Notes: a model not told the origin generated them from the sequence alone. A DNA stretch of 64,000 bases from Octopus sinensis (GCF_006345805.1 NC_043006.1:4588001-4652000); one strand, 5' to 3'; counted from the first letter of the stretch, positions 36,696 to 50,664 are shown. Program-made: numbers and translations.

Positions 36696-36873
36696 TATAT
36701 ATACATATATACGACAGACTTCTTTCAGTTTCCGTCTACCAAATCCACTCACAAGGCACTGGTCGGCCCGGGGCTATAGCAGAAGACACTTGCCCAAGAT
36801 GCCACGCAGTGGGACTGAACCCGGAACCATGTGGTTGGTTAGCAAGCTACTTACCACACAGCCACTCCTGCGC
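36430..36873 (-). mobile_element. tRNA-derived SINE family A, full length
   Basis: Reverse complement of the family A consensus. Confidence 0.9.
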
Positions 36874-38394
36874 CTATAGCCACTCCTGTTTATGTATGAT
36901 TGTAAACAAAGTTTGGTGATTGCAAGGGCTGTTGTTTGCTTGACTTATTCAGTGTTGTATCCACATCTCCCTCATATATATCCTTATTATATTTAAAATG
37001 AAAACCACATAACAGTGTTTCTTAACTTGGTATGTAAAACCCAATTATTATTATTTTTTTTGCTCCTAGATACATTTTCGTTTTTTCTCATCCATAAATC
37101 AGCAAAAGATCTGGATTGTTCTCAATACCTATTTCTTTACTGCCCACAAGGGGCTAAACACAGGGAGGACAAACAAGGACAGACAAACGGATTAAGACGA
37201 TTATATCGACCCCAGTGTGTAACTGGTACTTAATTTATTGACCCCGAAGGGATGAAAGGCAAAGTCGACCTTGGTGGAATTTGAACTCAGAATGTAATGG
37301 CAGATGAAATACGGCTACGCATTTCGCCCGGCGTGCTAACGTTTCTGCCAGTTCAATACCAATATGCCACACATCTCAAAGTCAACTGAGAAAAAGTAAT
37401 AGCTATGATCACATTGAATAGTTTTATAAGTAATTTTTTTTTTTTTTGAGTGTTCAGATTAAATGATGAGAATGATTTTGGAATCTTGAAGTGGTACAAT
37501 CCAGAGAAAATAGCCAAGAACTGCTTCTATGTACAATGGCTTAAAACCTTGGACATTGTATCCACAATATATAGACAAGAATAAAATGTAGACTGAAGAA
37601 TGAATTTTAGCTGGTATTAGAGTGAAGTCATCATCATTATCATTATCGTCAACATTTAACATACATTTTCTATGCTGGCATGGGTTGGATGGCTTGACAG
37701 GAACTGGCAGGGCCAGGGGCTGCACCAAGTCCCATGGTCTCTTTGGCTTGTTTTCTACAGCTCAGCCCTTCCTAACACCAGCCACTTTGCAGAATGTACT
37801 GGGTGCATTTTGCATGGTACCAGCACCAGTGCGTTTTATGTGACACCAGTGACAGTCTAGTTTTATATTGGTATATAGTAAACTCCTGTAGACTGATTAG
37901 CTGATGTTAAAGAGGACATTCAGTGATATCTGTCTGCTAGTAAAAAAAAAATAGACCAAAGGTTCTTCATGAGTCATGGGCTCATAAGGCTGGTTTCCTG
38001 GATTCTGTGGCATACATATTTCCTCCAGGATGGGACACCAGTCCATTGTAGGATTTCTTACTTTTGCCAGCTAACTGGACTGTGACAATATGAAATGAAG
38101 TGTTTTACTCAAAAACAATTCATCAGTCTGTTCAGGAACTGAAACCATAGTTTTACAACCAGGGGTGTAATAACGCTAATCATGTGCCTCCACATATCAG
38201 CTAATAGTAAGTTATCGCTTCCAGTGAAGCTAGTAAAAGTCAGAGAGAGTGGGGAGAAGTCACTCAATAAAGCTGTCATTGGTAATAATAATAATAACAA
38301 TGATGATAATGGAGTGATAATGCCAAATCGAGTAAGAAAATATCTAACCTGTGCTTCCTACATTTACGCTTTGCAAAATTCGTTTTCATTTGAT

Positions 38395-39050
38395 CATTAT
38401 CATCATCCTCATCATCATTTAACGTCCGTTTTCCATGCTGGCATGGGTTGGACGGTTTGACTGGGGACTATGATCTAATCTGGCAAGGTTTCTACAACAG
38501 GATGCTAACCATTCTGAGAGTGTAGTGGGTGCTTTTTATGTGCCACCAGCATGGGAGCCAGTCAGGCAGTACTGGCATCGACCCATGCTTGAATGGTGCT
38601 TATTATGTGCCACCAGCATTGGTGCCAGTCAGGCAGCACTGGCGTCGGCCACAGCTACAATTTCCATTTTGACTTCGATCTTGATTTGCTTTTGATTTTG
38701 ATTTTTGATTTTACTTAACTCAACAGGTCTTCTCAAGCACTGCTTCTTGGCATCCTTCTGGCCTCAAGTCTAAAGTCATTGATGACTAATCTATGCTGGT
38801 GGTGGGAGGGTACATTTTTCAGCAGGGAGGGTCTTTGTATTTAGGAGCAACCCTGCATCCTGCTGTCTGGTGAGGTTGAAATCAATCTGGCTAGTAGAGT
38901 TGCCTGATTCATAGGTTATCAGGTGGCTGGCTGGCTTCCTGAAGTCAGTATTGCAGATTAATAGGTTGCTTGCATCATAGAACTCCAATAGCCTAGTTCC
39001 CTCTTCATTTCAGGATCCAATTCCATGGTCCCCATGAGCACCATGGAAGA
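38395..39050 (-). mobile_element. Internally deleted RTE-type LINE: APE endonuclease fragment joined to the 3' UTR
   Basis: ORF 38791-38988 EFYDASNLLICNTDFRKPASHLITYESGNSTSQIDF is an RTE endonuclease C-terminal motif; followed by the unit-containing 3' UTR and (GAT)n tail. Confidence 0.8.
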
Positions 39051-39416
39051 TAATTGTAGCTATACTATTCTGCAAAACTAGCCTAAGCTTAAGCACTCTA
39101 TCACACACACTGACTACCTCTATGATCTTATCCACCCATTTCTCTGTAAGGAGTGTACCTACACCCACTACTCCATCACTGTTACCTTCCCAGAAGATTT
39201 TGTACCTATTGTGTTGTTTTTTTATATCTCTATAATGAGCTCTACTGCACCCTTTCTGTTAATAGTGAAAACTTCATTTACAAGTAATTTAGCTGATTTC
39301 ATTATCAGCTCCTTCAACAAGTTTTTTCCCCAGATAATATGCCTTTTATGATATGGAAAAAAAAATGACACTTGAATAAAGTTGTATTTTTATTTAAGAT
39401 TTATTAATATACCAAA

Positions 39417-39579
39417 GGCGTAGGAGTGGCTGTGTGGTAAGTAGCTTGCTTACGAACCACATGCTTCCGGGTTCAGTCCCACTGCGTGGCACCTTGGGCA
39501 AGTGTCTTCTACTATAGCCTCGGGTCGACCAAAGACTTGTGAGTGGATTTGGTAGACGGAAACTGAAAGAAGCCTGTCG

Positions 39580-39613
<34 letters not shown>

Positions 39614-39822
39614 CGTCTGTGTTTGTCCCCCCAACATCACTTGACAACCGATGCTGGCGTGTTTACGTCCCTGTAACTTAGCGGTTTGGCAAAAGAGACC
39701 AATAGAATAAGTACTAGGCTTACAAAGAATAAGCCCTGGGGTCGATTTGCTCAACTAAAAAAAAAGCGGTGCTCCAGCATGGCTACAGTCAAATGACTGA
39801 AACAAATAAAAGAGTAAAAGAG
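39417..39822 (+). mobile_element. tRNA-derived SINE family A
   Basis: Full head-to-tail match to other copies. Confidence 0.9.
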
Positions 39823-40187
39823 AAAAATATTATTGGTTCTGTATTTTGGACTATTTTTACAGTACATTTCTTATTGTAAGTTCAAATTCCCAACTTGGCA
39901 AACACCAAACAAAGGTGTAGGGGCTCTGTTAGAGAGCATCATTGTTTAAATGGTTTATTCAAAAACTTAAAGCAGTAAATTGGCAGAATCGTTAGAGTGT
40001 CAGAAAACTTACTTTATAGTATTTGTTCAGAATACATTATATTCTGAGTTCAAGCCACACTGAAGTCAACTTGTGGCTTTTATGCCTTTGGAGTTGATAA
40101 AATAAAGTACCAGTCAAATACTGGGGTCAGTGGCATTGACTGAGCCCATCCCCTTGCAACTGTTGGCCTTGTGTTTAAATCAAAAAA

Positions 40188-40380
40188 CATTATTATTTAG
40201 TAGTGTCATAGAGTTCCCACTTCGTTTGAGGTCACTATTTAGCATTGTCATATTAAAACTTCCACATTGGGTCACTATTTAGTAATATCATGGTGCTAAA
40301 ACACTTATTAGGACACTATTTAGCAATGTCATGTTTTTAAAGAGGTTACCCCTTATCAGGTTACTATTTAGCAATCTCAT
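40188..40380. repeat. Five copies of a 22-bp motif with divergent 18-26-bp spacers
   Basis: GGTCACTATTTAGCAATGTCAT-like at 40188 (degenerate), 40230, 40270, 40311, 40359. Confidence 0.8.
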
Positions 40381-41299
40381 GTTTAAGTTGTTTTTGAGTG
40401 AATAATTTTTACATTATAACGAATTTTATTTTGTGTTGTTTAAAAGTGCAGATGAATATTCAAGCAAAAAAGATCTGTTAATTCACATATAACGAGCAAT
40501 ATTATCTCTTTAAGTAGGTAAGACAGCTGTGTTTATTTCAGTTTTTCCAAAATTTAAGTCTTATCATAAAAGAGAGGGGAAGTGTAGAGATCAAGTTTAC
40601 TGTTTCTTTCTAGCGTAAAAGTGTCATATCTATCTAATATTACACACCAAACAAAACACTAAATTAGCCATAGAGGGTACATAGTAAATATATATAAAAA
40701 TGGCATGGTACATGGATAATTTAAAAAAGGATGTTTGTGCCCTAGAACCAGGGGGTGATCTCAGGCAGGTTGGTAACAAAAAGGTTAAATTTATATGCAA
40801 TAAATTACTTATACTTCTACATCATCATCATCATCATCATCGTTTAGCATCCGCTTTCCATGCTAGCATGGGTTGGACGGTTCAGCTGGGGTCTGGGAAG
40901 CCAGAAGGCTGCACCAGGCCCAGTTTGATCTGGCAGTGTTTCTACGGCTGGATGCCCTTCCTATCGCCAACCACTCCAAATTATTTTTACACTGCTTGAC
41001 AACTAGTGATGGTATGTTTAGGTCCCTGTAACTTAGAAGTTTGGCAGAAGAGATCAGGCTTAAAAAGAGAACAAGTATTGGGTTGATTAGTTTTGACTAA
41101 AGAAAAATACTTCAAGGCTGTGCCCCAGCATGGTCGCAGTCTAACGACCAAAACAAGTAAATGATAAAAGGTGGTATAAATTGTTTCTGGTACTTGTGCT
41201 GTTTTATTCCCACTGTTTGTTATGGGGAAAGGTTATTTGATATTTGCGATGGTAAATAATCCCATTAATCAAATTATAATGTAAATTATTGTAAATATA

Positions 41300-42105
41300 G
41301 GCGTAGGAGTGGCTGTGTGGTAAGTAGCTTGTTAACCAACCACATGGTCCCGGGTTCAGTCCCACTGCATGGCATCTTGGGCAAGTGTCTTCTGCTATAG
41401 CCTCGGGCCAACCAATGCCTTGTGAGTGGATATGGTAGACGGAAACTGAAAGAAGCCTGTCGTATATATGTATATATATGTATGTTTATATATATGTATA
41501 TGTATATATATGTATGCGGCCGTTGCCAGCGCCGCCTCGACTGGCTTCTGTGCCGGTGGCACATAAAAAGCACCATCCGAACGTGGCCGATGCCAGCGCC
41601 GCCTTGGCTGGCTTCCGTGCCGGTGGCACGTTAAAAGCACCAACCGATTGTGGCCGATGCCAGACCCTCCCCCCCCGGCACCTGTGCAGGTTGCACGTAA
41701 AAAGCACCCACTACACTCGCGGAGTGGTCGGCGTTAGGAAGGGCATCCAGCTGTAGAAACACTGCCAGATCAGACTGGAGCCTGGTGCAGCCCTGGCTTC
41801 CCAGACTCCAGTCGAACCGTCCAACCCGTGCTAGCGCGGAAAACGGATGTTAAACGATGATGATGTGTGTGTTTGTGTGTCTGCTGTGTTTGTCCCTCTA
41901 GCATTGTTTGACAACCGATGCTGGTGTGTTTACGTCTCCGTCACTTAGCTGTTCGGCAAAAGAGACCAATAGAATAAGTACTGGGCTTACAAAGAATAAG
42001 TCCCGGGGTCGATTTGCTCGACTAAAGGTGGTGCTCCAGCATGGCCACAGTCAAAATGTCTGAAACAAGTAAAAGAGTAAAAGAGTAAAAGAGAAAGAGT
42101 AAAAG
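41300..42105 (+). mobile_element. SINE family A with an RTE 3' fragment (about 41517-41865) nested in its microsatellite spacer
   Basis: SINE head 41300-41462, RTE units plus GAT tail, then SINE 3' half. Confidence 0.85.
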
Positions 42106-43869
42106 ATTATAAAATGAATTTGGGATGGGAAAGAAAAGCAGACTCATTCATAGAACTTGAACCATATATACTTGCGAGGCAACTAGGATGCTGTTATTGT
42201 TAGCATGAATATAAAAACAAGATCCTTTCAGTTTGGCAGCACTTTTTAGAATTTTAAAATTAAGTGAAAGTTTTCAAATTTGGTGTATTGGTGTAATTTT
42301 TCATGCTGAATCTCAGGGCTTCATTCACTTGTTCTAGAAAAAAATTTTTAAACGTTACAAAGGTTTAAAGTCTGATTAATTTTTACCCAGGCAGAAAACA
42401 GGATTTGGAAGCTGTTGTATTGTGTGTGACTAATCATAAGACAATAAAACAATGTCTAATTGCATTTAATTAGTGAAAATGACCAAACAAAATGAGTAAA
42501 CAACACGTATTTAGTAGGTTTAAGCTTTCAATATGCATTTAATGGGAAAATAAGATTAAACAACACATTTTGTAATTTTAAGAGCAGAGAAAACAAACTT
42601 GTAGTCCAGATTGAGAATAAGAATAAACAGCAGATTTTGTTTTTCATGAATACACGTGGTTTTACAGGAGAGTGTTACCATGGAAACAGGCACCTATATG
42701 TCTGTGGCTTTCAATTAACCAAAATTAGTCAAAATTTGCAAACTTTAAAAGCTATCAACTGTTCATTTATTGACTGATGGTGAAAATGAATTTCATGTCA
42801 ACAATAGGCATACAAAACTACATCATCATCATCATCATCATCGTTTAATGTACACCTTCCATGCTGGCATGGGTTGGACATTTTGACTGGAGCTGGCCAG
42901 GCAGAAGCTTGCACCAGAATTGCACCCTTGTAGCAACTAACTATAATGCTACTACACCAGTCATTGGGCATGATACCTTCCTGAAGAACCTGGTTTACTA
43001 TACAGGTGACTGGGCTGTATCCTACACCACCAGAAATTTCAATCATAAATCAATTGGAACAAGATTGAAGAAATTGAGAAGTGGCAGCCAAACAGAAAAA
43101 ATGCTATCTAACCGATACTGACTCCTGGGGAAGTTGCAAAATTTTCTAAAGAACAATACACAGGATTTGTTTTTTTATTACAATTCTGCAGACCAAGTAA
43201 TTGTGCAGGAATTACTTTGCCCTGTAATTCTATAAAACTCTTATAAATTACAGGTACCAGAGACTCAATTATCAAGGTGACATTGTAACAGCTCTCTAAC
43301 TTTATTAACATAAACGCAGTTTGTGTAAAATGTTCAAACTGTAGATAGAAACAAAGTGTATTTAGTGCTAAAAGGTAATTTAATGGTGAAATTACATTTA
43401 TAAATTTGTTTTGTAAGATTCCCGGTGTGAAATCGTATGTTGAAACAGATATTGTCATATTTTGGGATGGTCATTTTTTCTTGCCAAATAAACACACACA
43501 CTATATATTCGTTCTTCACTCATCAATTATTATTCTTATTTTATCTAACGTCCACTGTCTGAAAATCTTTCATCACACATCTGTGACCTCTTCAATCTCT
43601 GAACAGGTGGAGACACGTGGGATGGAAGAGCTGCTGTTAATTGCGAAATGTTATGAATAACGATAGGGAGTTAAGCTGTATGCAGTGGCAGATTGGCCAA
43701 GTTGTCAGTTCATATGTAGGGGCCCAACAAAAGACATTGCTTTCAAGAAAATATCTGGAGTTTTAGAAAAAGAATTAAAATTTAAAAAAAAATACAAAAC
43801 AATTAAGCAAAGCATTTGGAATTAATAGAAAAACAGAGAAAAGAAAAACACTCCTGAAAAAAGATTATG

Positions 43870-44200
43870 TATGTGTGTGTGTGTGTATGAGAGAGAAAGA
43901 GAGAGGGAGAGAGATAGAAAGAGAAAGAGAGAGAGAGAGAGGTAGAAAAAGAGAGAGTGAGTATGTGTGTGTGTGTGTATGAGAGAGAAAGAGAGAAGGA
44001 GAGAGAGGTAGAAAAAGAGATAGAAAGAGAAAGAGAGAGAGGGGTAGAAAAAGAGAGAGATAGAAACAGAAAGAGAAAGAGAGTGAGTGAGTATGTGTGT
44101 GTGTGGGGGGGAGAGAGAGAGGTAGGTAGAAAAAGAGAGAGAGAGAGAGAGTGAGAGATAGAAAGAGAGAGAGTGAGTATGTGTGTGTGTTTGTGTGTAA
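43870..44200. repeat. Compound (GA)n/(GT)n microsatellite
   Basis: Directly visible. Confidence 0.92.
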
Positions 44201-44571
44201 GTATATAAAAATACATAAAGAAATAGGTTGACAGAAAGAGGTTATTGGCAGGAGATCAAATTCATTCTTTCAATGCTTGACTGAACAATAACCTTGGACC
44301 GACCATTTGCAATTAAAAGTTGGTGTGGGTGTGCGCATGCCCACTTTTACTTGCACGCCCACACATACACATACACACACACACACATATAAACACATAT
44401 ATTCCCACTTGTAAATTTCGTTATTTCAGTGAGTCAAGAAATATGTTTCAAAATGTAAATTTTGAAGTTAGCTTTAATTATAAAATTACTTCTCTCAATA
44501 TTTAAAAATATTTTTTCCAACTTTAGAATTATTGCATTTATGTTCAAATATTTTTCATTAAATTGAAAACC

Positions 44572-45492
44572 AAATCAAATCAAAACAAATCAAAATAGAT
44601 GAACATCAATGGAATTTGTATCTTTGTGGTACCAGTGCCGGTGGCACACAAGAAAACCATCCGAACGTGGCCGTAGCCAGTACCGCATCGACTGGCCTCC
44701 GTGCTGTGGGCACGTAACAAACACCATCCGATCGTGGCCGTTCGCCAGCCTCATCTGGCACCTGTGTCGGTGGCACATAAAAACACCATCCGAGTGTGGC
44801 CGTTCGCCAGCCTCGTCTGGCACCTGTGTCGGTGGCACACAAAATCACCCACTACACTCTCGGAGTGGTTGGCGTTAGGAAGGGCATCCAGCTGTAGAAA
44901 CACTGCCAGATCTGACTGGCCTGGTGCAGCCTTCGGGCTCCCCAGACCCCAGTTGAACCGTCCAACCCATGCTAGCATGGAAAGCGGACGTTAAATGATG
45001 ATGATGATGATGAACCTTGTTCCTTCTTTTTTGTACATTTTTTGTCATGAGTCAAGTACATCAACATCAAAATAAATATCAAATGGAAATTGTAGTTACA
45101 ATACCTGTGCCGGTGGCACGTAAAAAGCACCATCCGAACATGGCCCATGCCAGCAATGCCTTGACTGGCTTCTGTGCCGGTGGCACGTAAAAAGCACCAT
45201 CCGAACGTGGCCAATGCCAGCGCTGCCTTGACTGGCTTCTGTGCCGCTGGCATGTAAAAGGTACCAACCGATTGTGACCGGTGCCAGCCACCCCTGGCAC
45301 TTGTGCCGGTGGCACATAAAAAGCATCCACTACACTCACAGAGTGGTTGGTGTTAGGACGGGCATCCAGCTGTAGAAACACTGCCAGATCAAGATTGGAG
45401 CCTGGTGCAGCCTCCTGACTTCTCAGACTCCGATCGAACCGTCCAACTTGTGCTAGCACAGAAAACGGATGTTTAACGATGATGATGATGAT
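44572..45492 (+). mobile_element. Two tandem RTE-type 3' UTR fragments, each with about four internal units
   Basis: About 44572-45012 and 45052-45492, both ending in (GAT)n. Confidence 0.82.
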
Positions 45493-46849
45493 GTACCATT
45501 CCAATTCGTCAAATACTTGAAATGACCATAGTGGGTAGGGCAAAATTTGTAACGGGAAAAATAAGCAATTTCTGATTTCTCTTTGTTTCCTCTCTGCCTG
45601 TTTGAAAGCATTGCATCATTTATATTGATGCATCGTCTTTAGGAGTAAAAATTGGTCAGTATAGAAGTTGTTGATATTAAGAAGGTTTGCAACACATTCA
45701 AGTGACAGGTGCTTTTTTTTTCAAGAAATTTTTCTTCAACTTCAATCTGATTATAATTGAGGTTGCTAATGAAAATATTTGGGTAGTTTTTGGTGTTAAA
45801 CAATCAATATTCTTTTTCCTGTTGGATTCCATGTCAATTTTTTCTCACCCCAATGTCTAATTTGATAACTTTCCTTCTAAGAAAAATGATGTCTTAAATG
45901 GGGCAAAATGAGTAATGACTAGTTTTAATAATTTCTTCTCTTTAATTGCTTTGTGCGTAAATATATCAGGAAGACAGCCATTCCAGCAGATTGTGGATAT
46001 TTTATGTTGAGTTTTTAGATTGAGCCGAGTTTCATTAATATCATGAATCAATTTTCTACAGCCCACTTTTATTTGATCAAGATATTTAAAATTTTTGTTG
46101 CATTTCTGATCTTTTTAATGTCAAAGGATGGACATTGATTGTATGAGTCTTTTTTTCAAATGTAATTCTAGAGAACTGAAGAGGCTAATTTACCTTATCT
46201 TGTCTTACTTATTTCGCCCCATCCAAATTTGTCTCTTATATGCTCAAAGAGAACAGAGATGATTTTCTGAAATAGTGTTCTAAATGTGTTATAGTGTTTT
46301 AAATGCATTGAGAGAAAGAATGTCATTTGCGTGGCTGATATAGTTTTTGTAAGGTAGAGAACATTTGTAAAAAATATTTTTTCTCAAAGTCCAAAATGCA
46401 ATAAATCTTACTCATTGTGTTCCCCCCGCTCCCACTGGAAACTGGAAGAGTGGACTTTCGGAATACCTATCCCATACAAGATGAAATTTCCCCATTTTTG
46501 TCTGGACTTCCCTTCATTTTTTTAAATCTTGTTTTGTAAAACAAGATTCAGACAATGCAACACAAACTTTTAAAAAAAAGGCTTTCACTTTAATGAGAGG
46601 TTGTTGTGTTGTGTTACAGACTTGCACTTAACATTCCTATGTTTTTAATCAAAACTTGTTTGTTATTATGGTGACAACACTACCTATCTATCTATCTTTC
46701 ACACATTCTCTTGTAAAGAGCAAACAAACAAATGATGTACATGCATGAAGATATGGTATTGACTATAATGCCATGGCTTTCATAAGAAAACATAGCTATG
46801 TCTTTAACAGTTAAAAAACCTTCATTAAAGATATTGAAGATATTGATTT

Positions 46850-47994
46850 ATAGAGGAGGATCAGTTACTTATAATCTTATTCAACATATTCCCCTCTCAG
46901 ATTCACACACTTATTGCAGCAGTCTTTCAGTTTTTCTAAGCCCTGTAAAAAGAACTTAGAAGTTTCGGCCTCCAACCAGGCCTCTGTAGCAGTGATCACT
47001 TCCAGACTGGAGTGAAATTTCATTCCCCTGAGATGTTTCTTCAGTTGTGGAAAGAGGTGAGTGTTGGAGGGGGGCCAAATCAGGAGAGTAAGGTGAATGG
47101 TCTACTGATTCAAAGCCAAAGTCACATTGGTGCATTGTCCTGCAAAAACAGAACACCATGTCTCAGCTCTCCATGGTGTTTCTGCTTCAATGCTTCATGC
47201 AGTTCATCCAACAGAGACATGTAGTATTCTGCATTGATGGTAAAACCCTTTGGCAGGTATTTTATGAGGAATACTCCGTCTTTGTCCCAGAACACTGAAG
47301 CCAGAATCTTTCTTGTTGATTTCTGGGTCTGACGTTTCTTGGGATGTGGTGAACCACTGTGGCACCACTCCGTTGATTGCTGCTTAGTCTGAGGATCATA
47401 ATGATGAAACCAAGTTTCATTCATGGTTACTAAACAAGCCATAAAATCAGTCCAAAACTGCCTTTGGTCATCACTCTGATGCGCTTCTGATTGTGTTCAG
47501 GCATTCCAGCACCCATTTTGCAGGAAGTGTTCTCATGTCCAGAATAAATGATGTGGCCATCTCTTTCGTGAGAAATCCCCAGAGTCTCAGCTCTGACTTT
47601 AGCTGAAATATGGTGGTCCTTGAGAATCATGACATGCTCAGCATTGGCTTTGTTGTCTGTAGTTGTGGAAGTTGGTTGTCCTGACCAGGTTTCATCTTTG
47701 ACCTCACAATGACCAGTCTGAAACTGATTTTCACTGTGGAGCAAGATCCTTCAAGACTTCCTTCATCTCACCATGGATTTCCACTGCTTCTTTGCTTTGC
47801 AAAAAGAAGAACTCGATGACCATAGGAGCTGCCATCATGCATTAAATCTTCAAAAAAGAGAAAGATATATTGTATACCATCATGATTTTTTGACTGTCTT
47901 CTGCCAAACAGTCATCCTTCAACCCTTGTGAAGGTAACAGCTCTACCATTTCACAACACCCTTGAAGCTGGGAACTTTTCAGAACCTTCTCATG
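46850..47994 (-). mobile_element. Decayed, near full-length mariner transposon
   Basis: Frameshifted LVTMNETWFHHYDPQTKQQS...ILASVFWD...FLQDNAP and HSPYSPDLAP motifs; TIR remnant GGAACTTTTCAG near 47971. Confidence 0.9.
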
Positions 47995-48274
47995 TATATA
48001 TATATATATAAATACTGGGAAGTTTGAATGGATTAATGGATCCTACATAACTGGACTTGTCTTAGACTGTTCTTTTCTTCTGAAGATGGGGTCTTTGAGC
48101 CCAAAATATAAATGTTTTATTAAACTTTCCACATTATCAGAAACTGTTTTCTCTCTTTTTACATTCTTTGATATTACAGTGCTTCAAGTGAATTACAACA
48201 CTCTTTATATATATAGTGTTCATAGTTGAGAAGCAAAAACATGTAATTATGGATTTCCTATTGTTACATATATA

Positions 48275-48740
48275 CTGAAATGCCTTGATATACGAGTTAA
48301 TTTGTTCCCAGAGATCGCATGTAAAGTGAAAACTCATAGATAAATGGCAATAAAACAAGTGTAGAATGTAAAGAATATTTTATGTAAAGTAAAAAAAAAA
48401 AATGTTAAGGTCATTTATAACAAAAAAAATTATCATAATTGTTTTCTGTGTCACTTTCACTCACACTACTAGACTTGCACACACCAATACTTGTAGACAC
48501 GATCGCTAATTCACAAGCACTTGCAGTTGTAGAGTTCTTTTGAAAAAACAAGTCTAGAGTTGTTTGCTAAGAAGAATATTTTTTTTGCTCTCTATAAATT
48601 TCTCGGTAACATGTTTAAGCATTTGTTATGGTAGTAGAAACTTTTGCACTTTGTTCAAAATTTGGATCTTGTGCTTGAAAAATAAATCTTGTAAACCTGG
48701 GGTCTTCTGAAGCGGTTTCTTGTAAAGTGAAGTATTACTG
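48275..48740. mobile_element. Degenerate Tigger/pogo-like MITE
   Basis: TA-flanked ends CTGAAATGCCTTGATATACGAG ... CTTGTAAAGTGAAGTATTACTG resembling Tigger TIRs. Confidence 0.45.
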
Positions 48741-50330
48741 TATACATGTGTGTGAGTGTATGTGTTTTGTGTTGTTATAAATCTAATGGGAACTTACATC
48801 ATTAACTATTGACAGTTTCAAAACATTTTTTTTGACATTTTTCTTCAAATTAAAAAGAATGTGTCTTGGATCAAGCAGTTTACAGCCTGTAAACTACACG
48901 TTCCAACAAAAATCCATTTTAATCTATTTTAAATTGTCTGTAAGTAGTCATGTTGTTGTTTAGCTCCAAGTCAGTCCTGATGCCGTAGGTCTATGAGCAA
49001 TGGTATTCTAACCAAAGTAATCCCATTAGTTATTATATCTAACACTACATTATATAATTGCCCTTTTTTTTGAAAGATAGGGTGGTGTTTTTTTAAAAAT
49101 ATTTTGAGGGAATTCAGCTACTCTTTCTAACAGGTTGAGAAACTGCATAAATATTCTCTCATTGGCCTGTTTCTGGTGAGGGCTGTTATAGATATTCCTC
49201 TATTGGCCTGTTTCTGGTAAGTGCTGCCTGTTCTTTTCTTCTGAAGAGTCTGTAGTCTCCTTCGAAGTTGATGTGTCATTTTCCTAAATGAAAAAAAATA
49301 ACACAAGTAAATATAATGACACGAAGGACACAAAAACAAGCTTTGATTGTTACGTGACAAGGGTCAGGGTTCAAATGGGTTTGAATGATAGTCGAATGGT
49401 AATGTAAGGTGGGGAATTACAACAAACCCAGCCCTCCACTGGGTAGTAGGTCTCTTTATATGCAATTTACAACACATTCCACGTATCTATATAAGCATAA
49501 AAGGTCAATAACATGACCAGGCGTTACACCTGTTTTTGTAGTAAAACATAACTTTTGAAGTCCAAAGTTGTCACATTGCAACTAAAAGAAAAGCCTTCTT
49601 CTATCACCCTCGTTATATTTGTTGCCCAGCACAAGAAGTATTCAAGATGTAAGTACTAACTTTACCCTGTATAACAGTAACTTATCAAGAAACAAACTTC
49701 ATACAATAACAATACTAAAAGGTCAAACTTCCTGTATTGACATAAATACCAAGGTTGGCTGCACTAGCTTTCCAGGTCCACACAAACTCGCAGCTGCCAT
49801 CTTCTTATACTCAAGAATGAAAACGTGGCCAATGCCAGCGCCGCCTCGACTGGCCTCCGTGCCGGTGGCATGTAAAAAGCACCCACTACACTCACGGAGT
49901 GGTTGGCGTTAGGAAGGGCATCTAGCTGTAGAAACTCTGCCAGATCAGAGGGAGACTCCGATTGCACAATCCATCTGACAATGGAAGCAGTCTGTGATAT
50001 TTTACAGAACATAGCTTTTTTAGTTGTCATATGACAACTATGGACTATAAAGGGTTAATAATAATAAAAAAAAAAGGGTCATATTCCTTGTCTCAAGGAG
50101 AGATTAATATTTATAACTGCAGTTTTATTTCAGTATTTTGTGAGAAATTATTAAAACATCTGAAATTCTAATATCATTATTATTTCTTTGGATGGCTTTT
50201 AGTTTATGTAAATTTTCTTTTTATTTTTTATCAAGAAATTATGAAATTAAAAATATAACAATGCTATTAAATTTCTTTTTTTTATGTTTTGCAGAATTTG
50301 ACATGCTAAACTAATTGATAGATATTCAAG

Positions 50331-50537
50331 ATGATGCAGTACTGTGAAAATGGATCAGCCATTAATGTCTATTGGAGAAATAATGGTCTGAACCATTGCT
50401 TTATTGATACTGTAACGAACAGTGTTTTATTTTTCATCATTGCTGTTTTTGGGACAATACAGATATGGATGTACAACCGGTACTCAACTTCAGTAGAGAA
50501 GAAGTATAAACCATTTAATTTCGGATATGTTACACAA
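50331..50537 (+). CDS. ABCB6: ABCB6 first coding exon (TMD0); exon starts at 50295 with a 5' UTR part
   Basis: MMQYCENGSAINVYWRNNGLNHCFIDTV...FGYVTQ resembles the ABCB6 N-terminus (YC...W..xGL.xCF); ttgcag acceptor ends 50294; gtaagt donor. Confidence 0.88.
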
Positions 50538-50664
50538 GTAAGTCTAGCTTGGCTATTGTAAATATTTTCGATTTTCCATCATAATTCTGGTTAAACACAT
50601 CTGAGTGATGACTATAAAAGTTAAAATACTGAAATTCAGTTTATGATATACAAACTTCTCATTC

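Noticed and set aside
40188-40380. CRISPR array
   Set aside because: Eukaryotic context, no cas genes, degenerate repeats, and short spacers that weakly resemble each other.
45495-46600. Additional gene or transposase on the minus strand
   Set aside because: Only short stop-interrupted frames with no motif I can recognise; left unassigned.
49348-49815. LTR
   Set aside because: Begins TGTTAC and has a TATA-like motif, but no matching end, TSD, PBS or second copy is visible.
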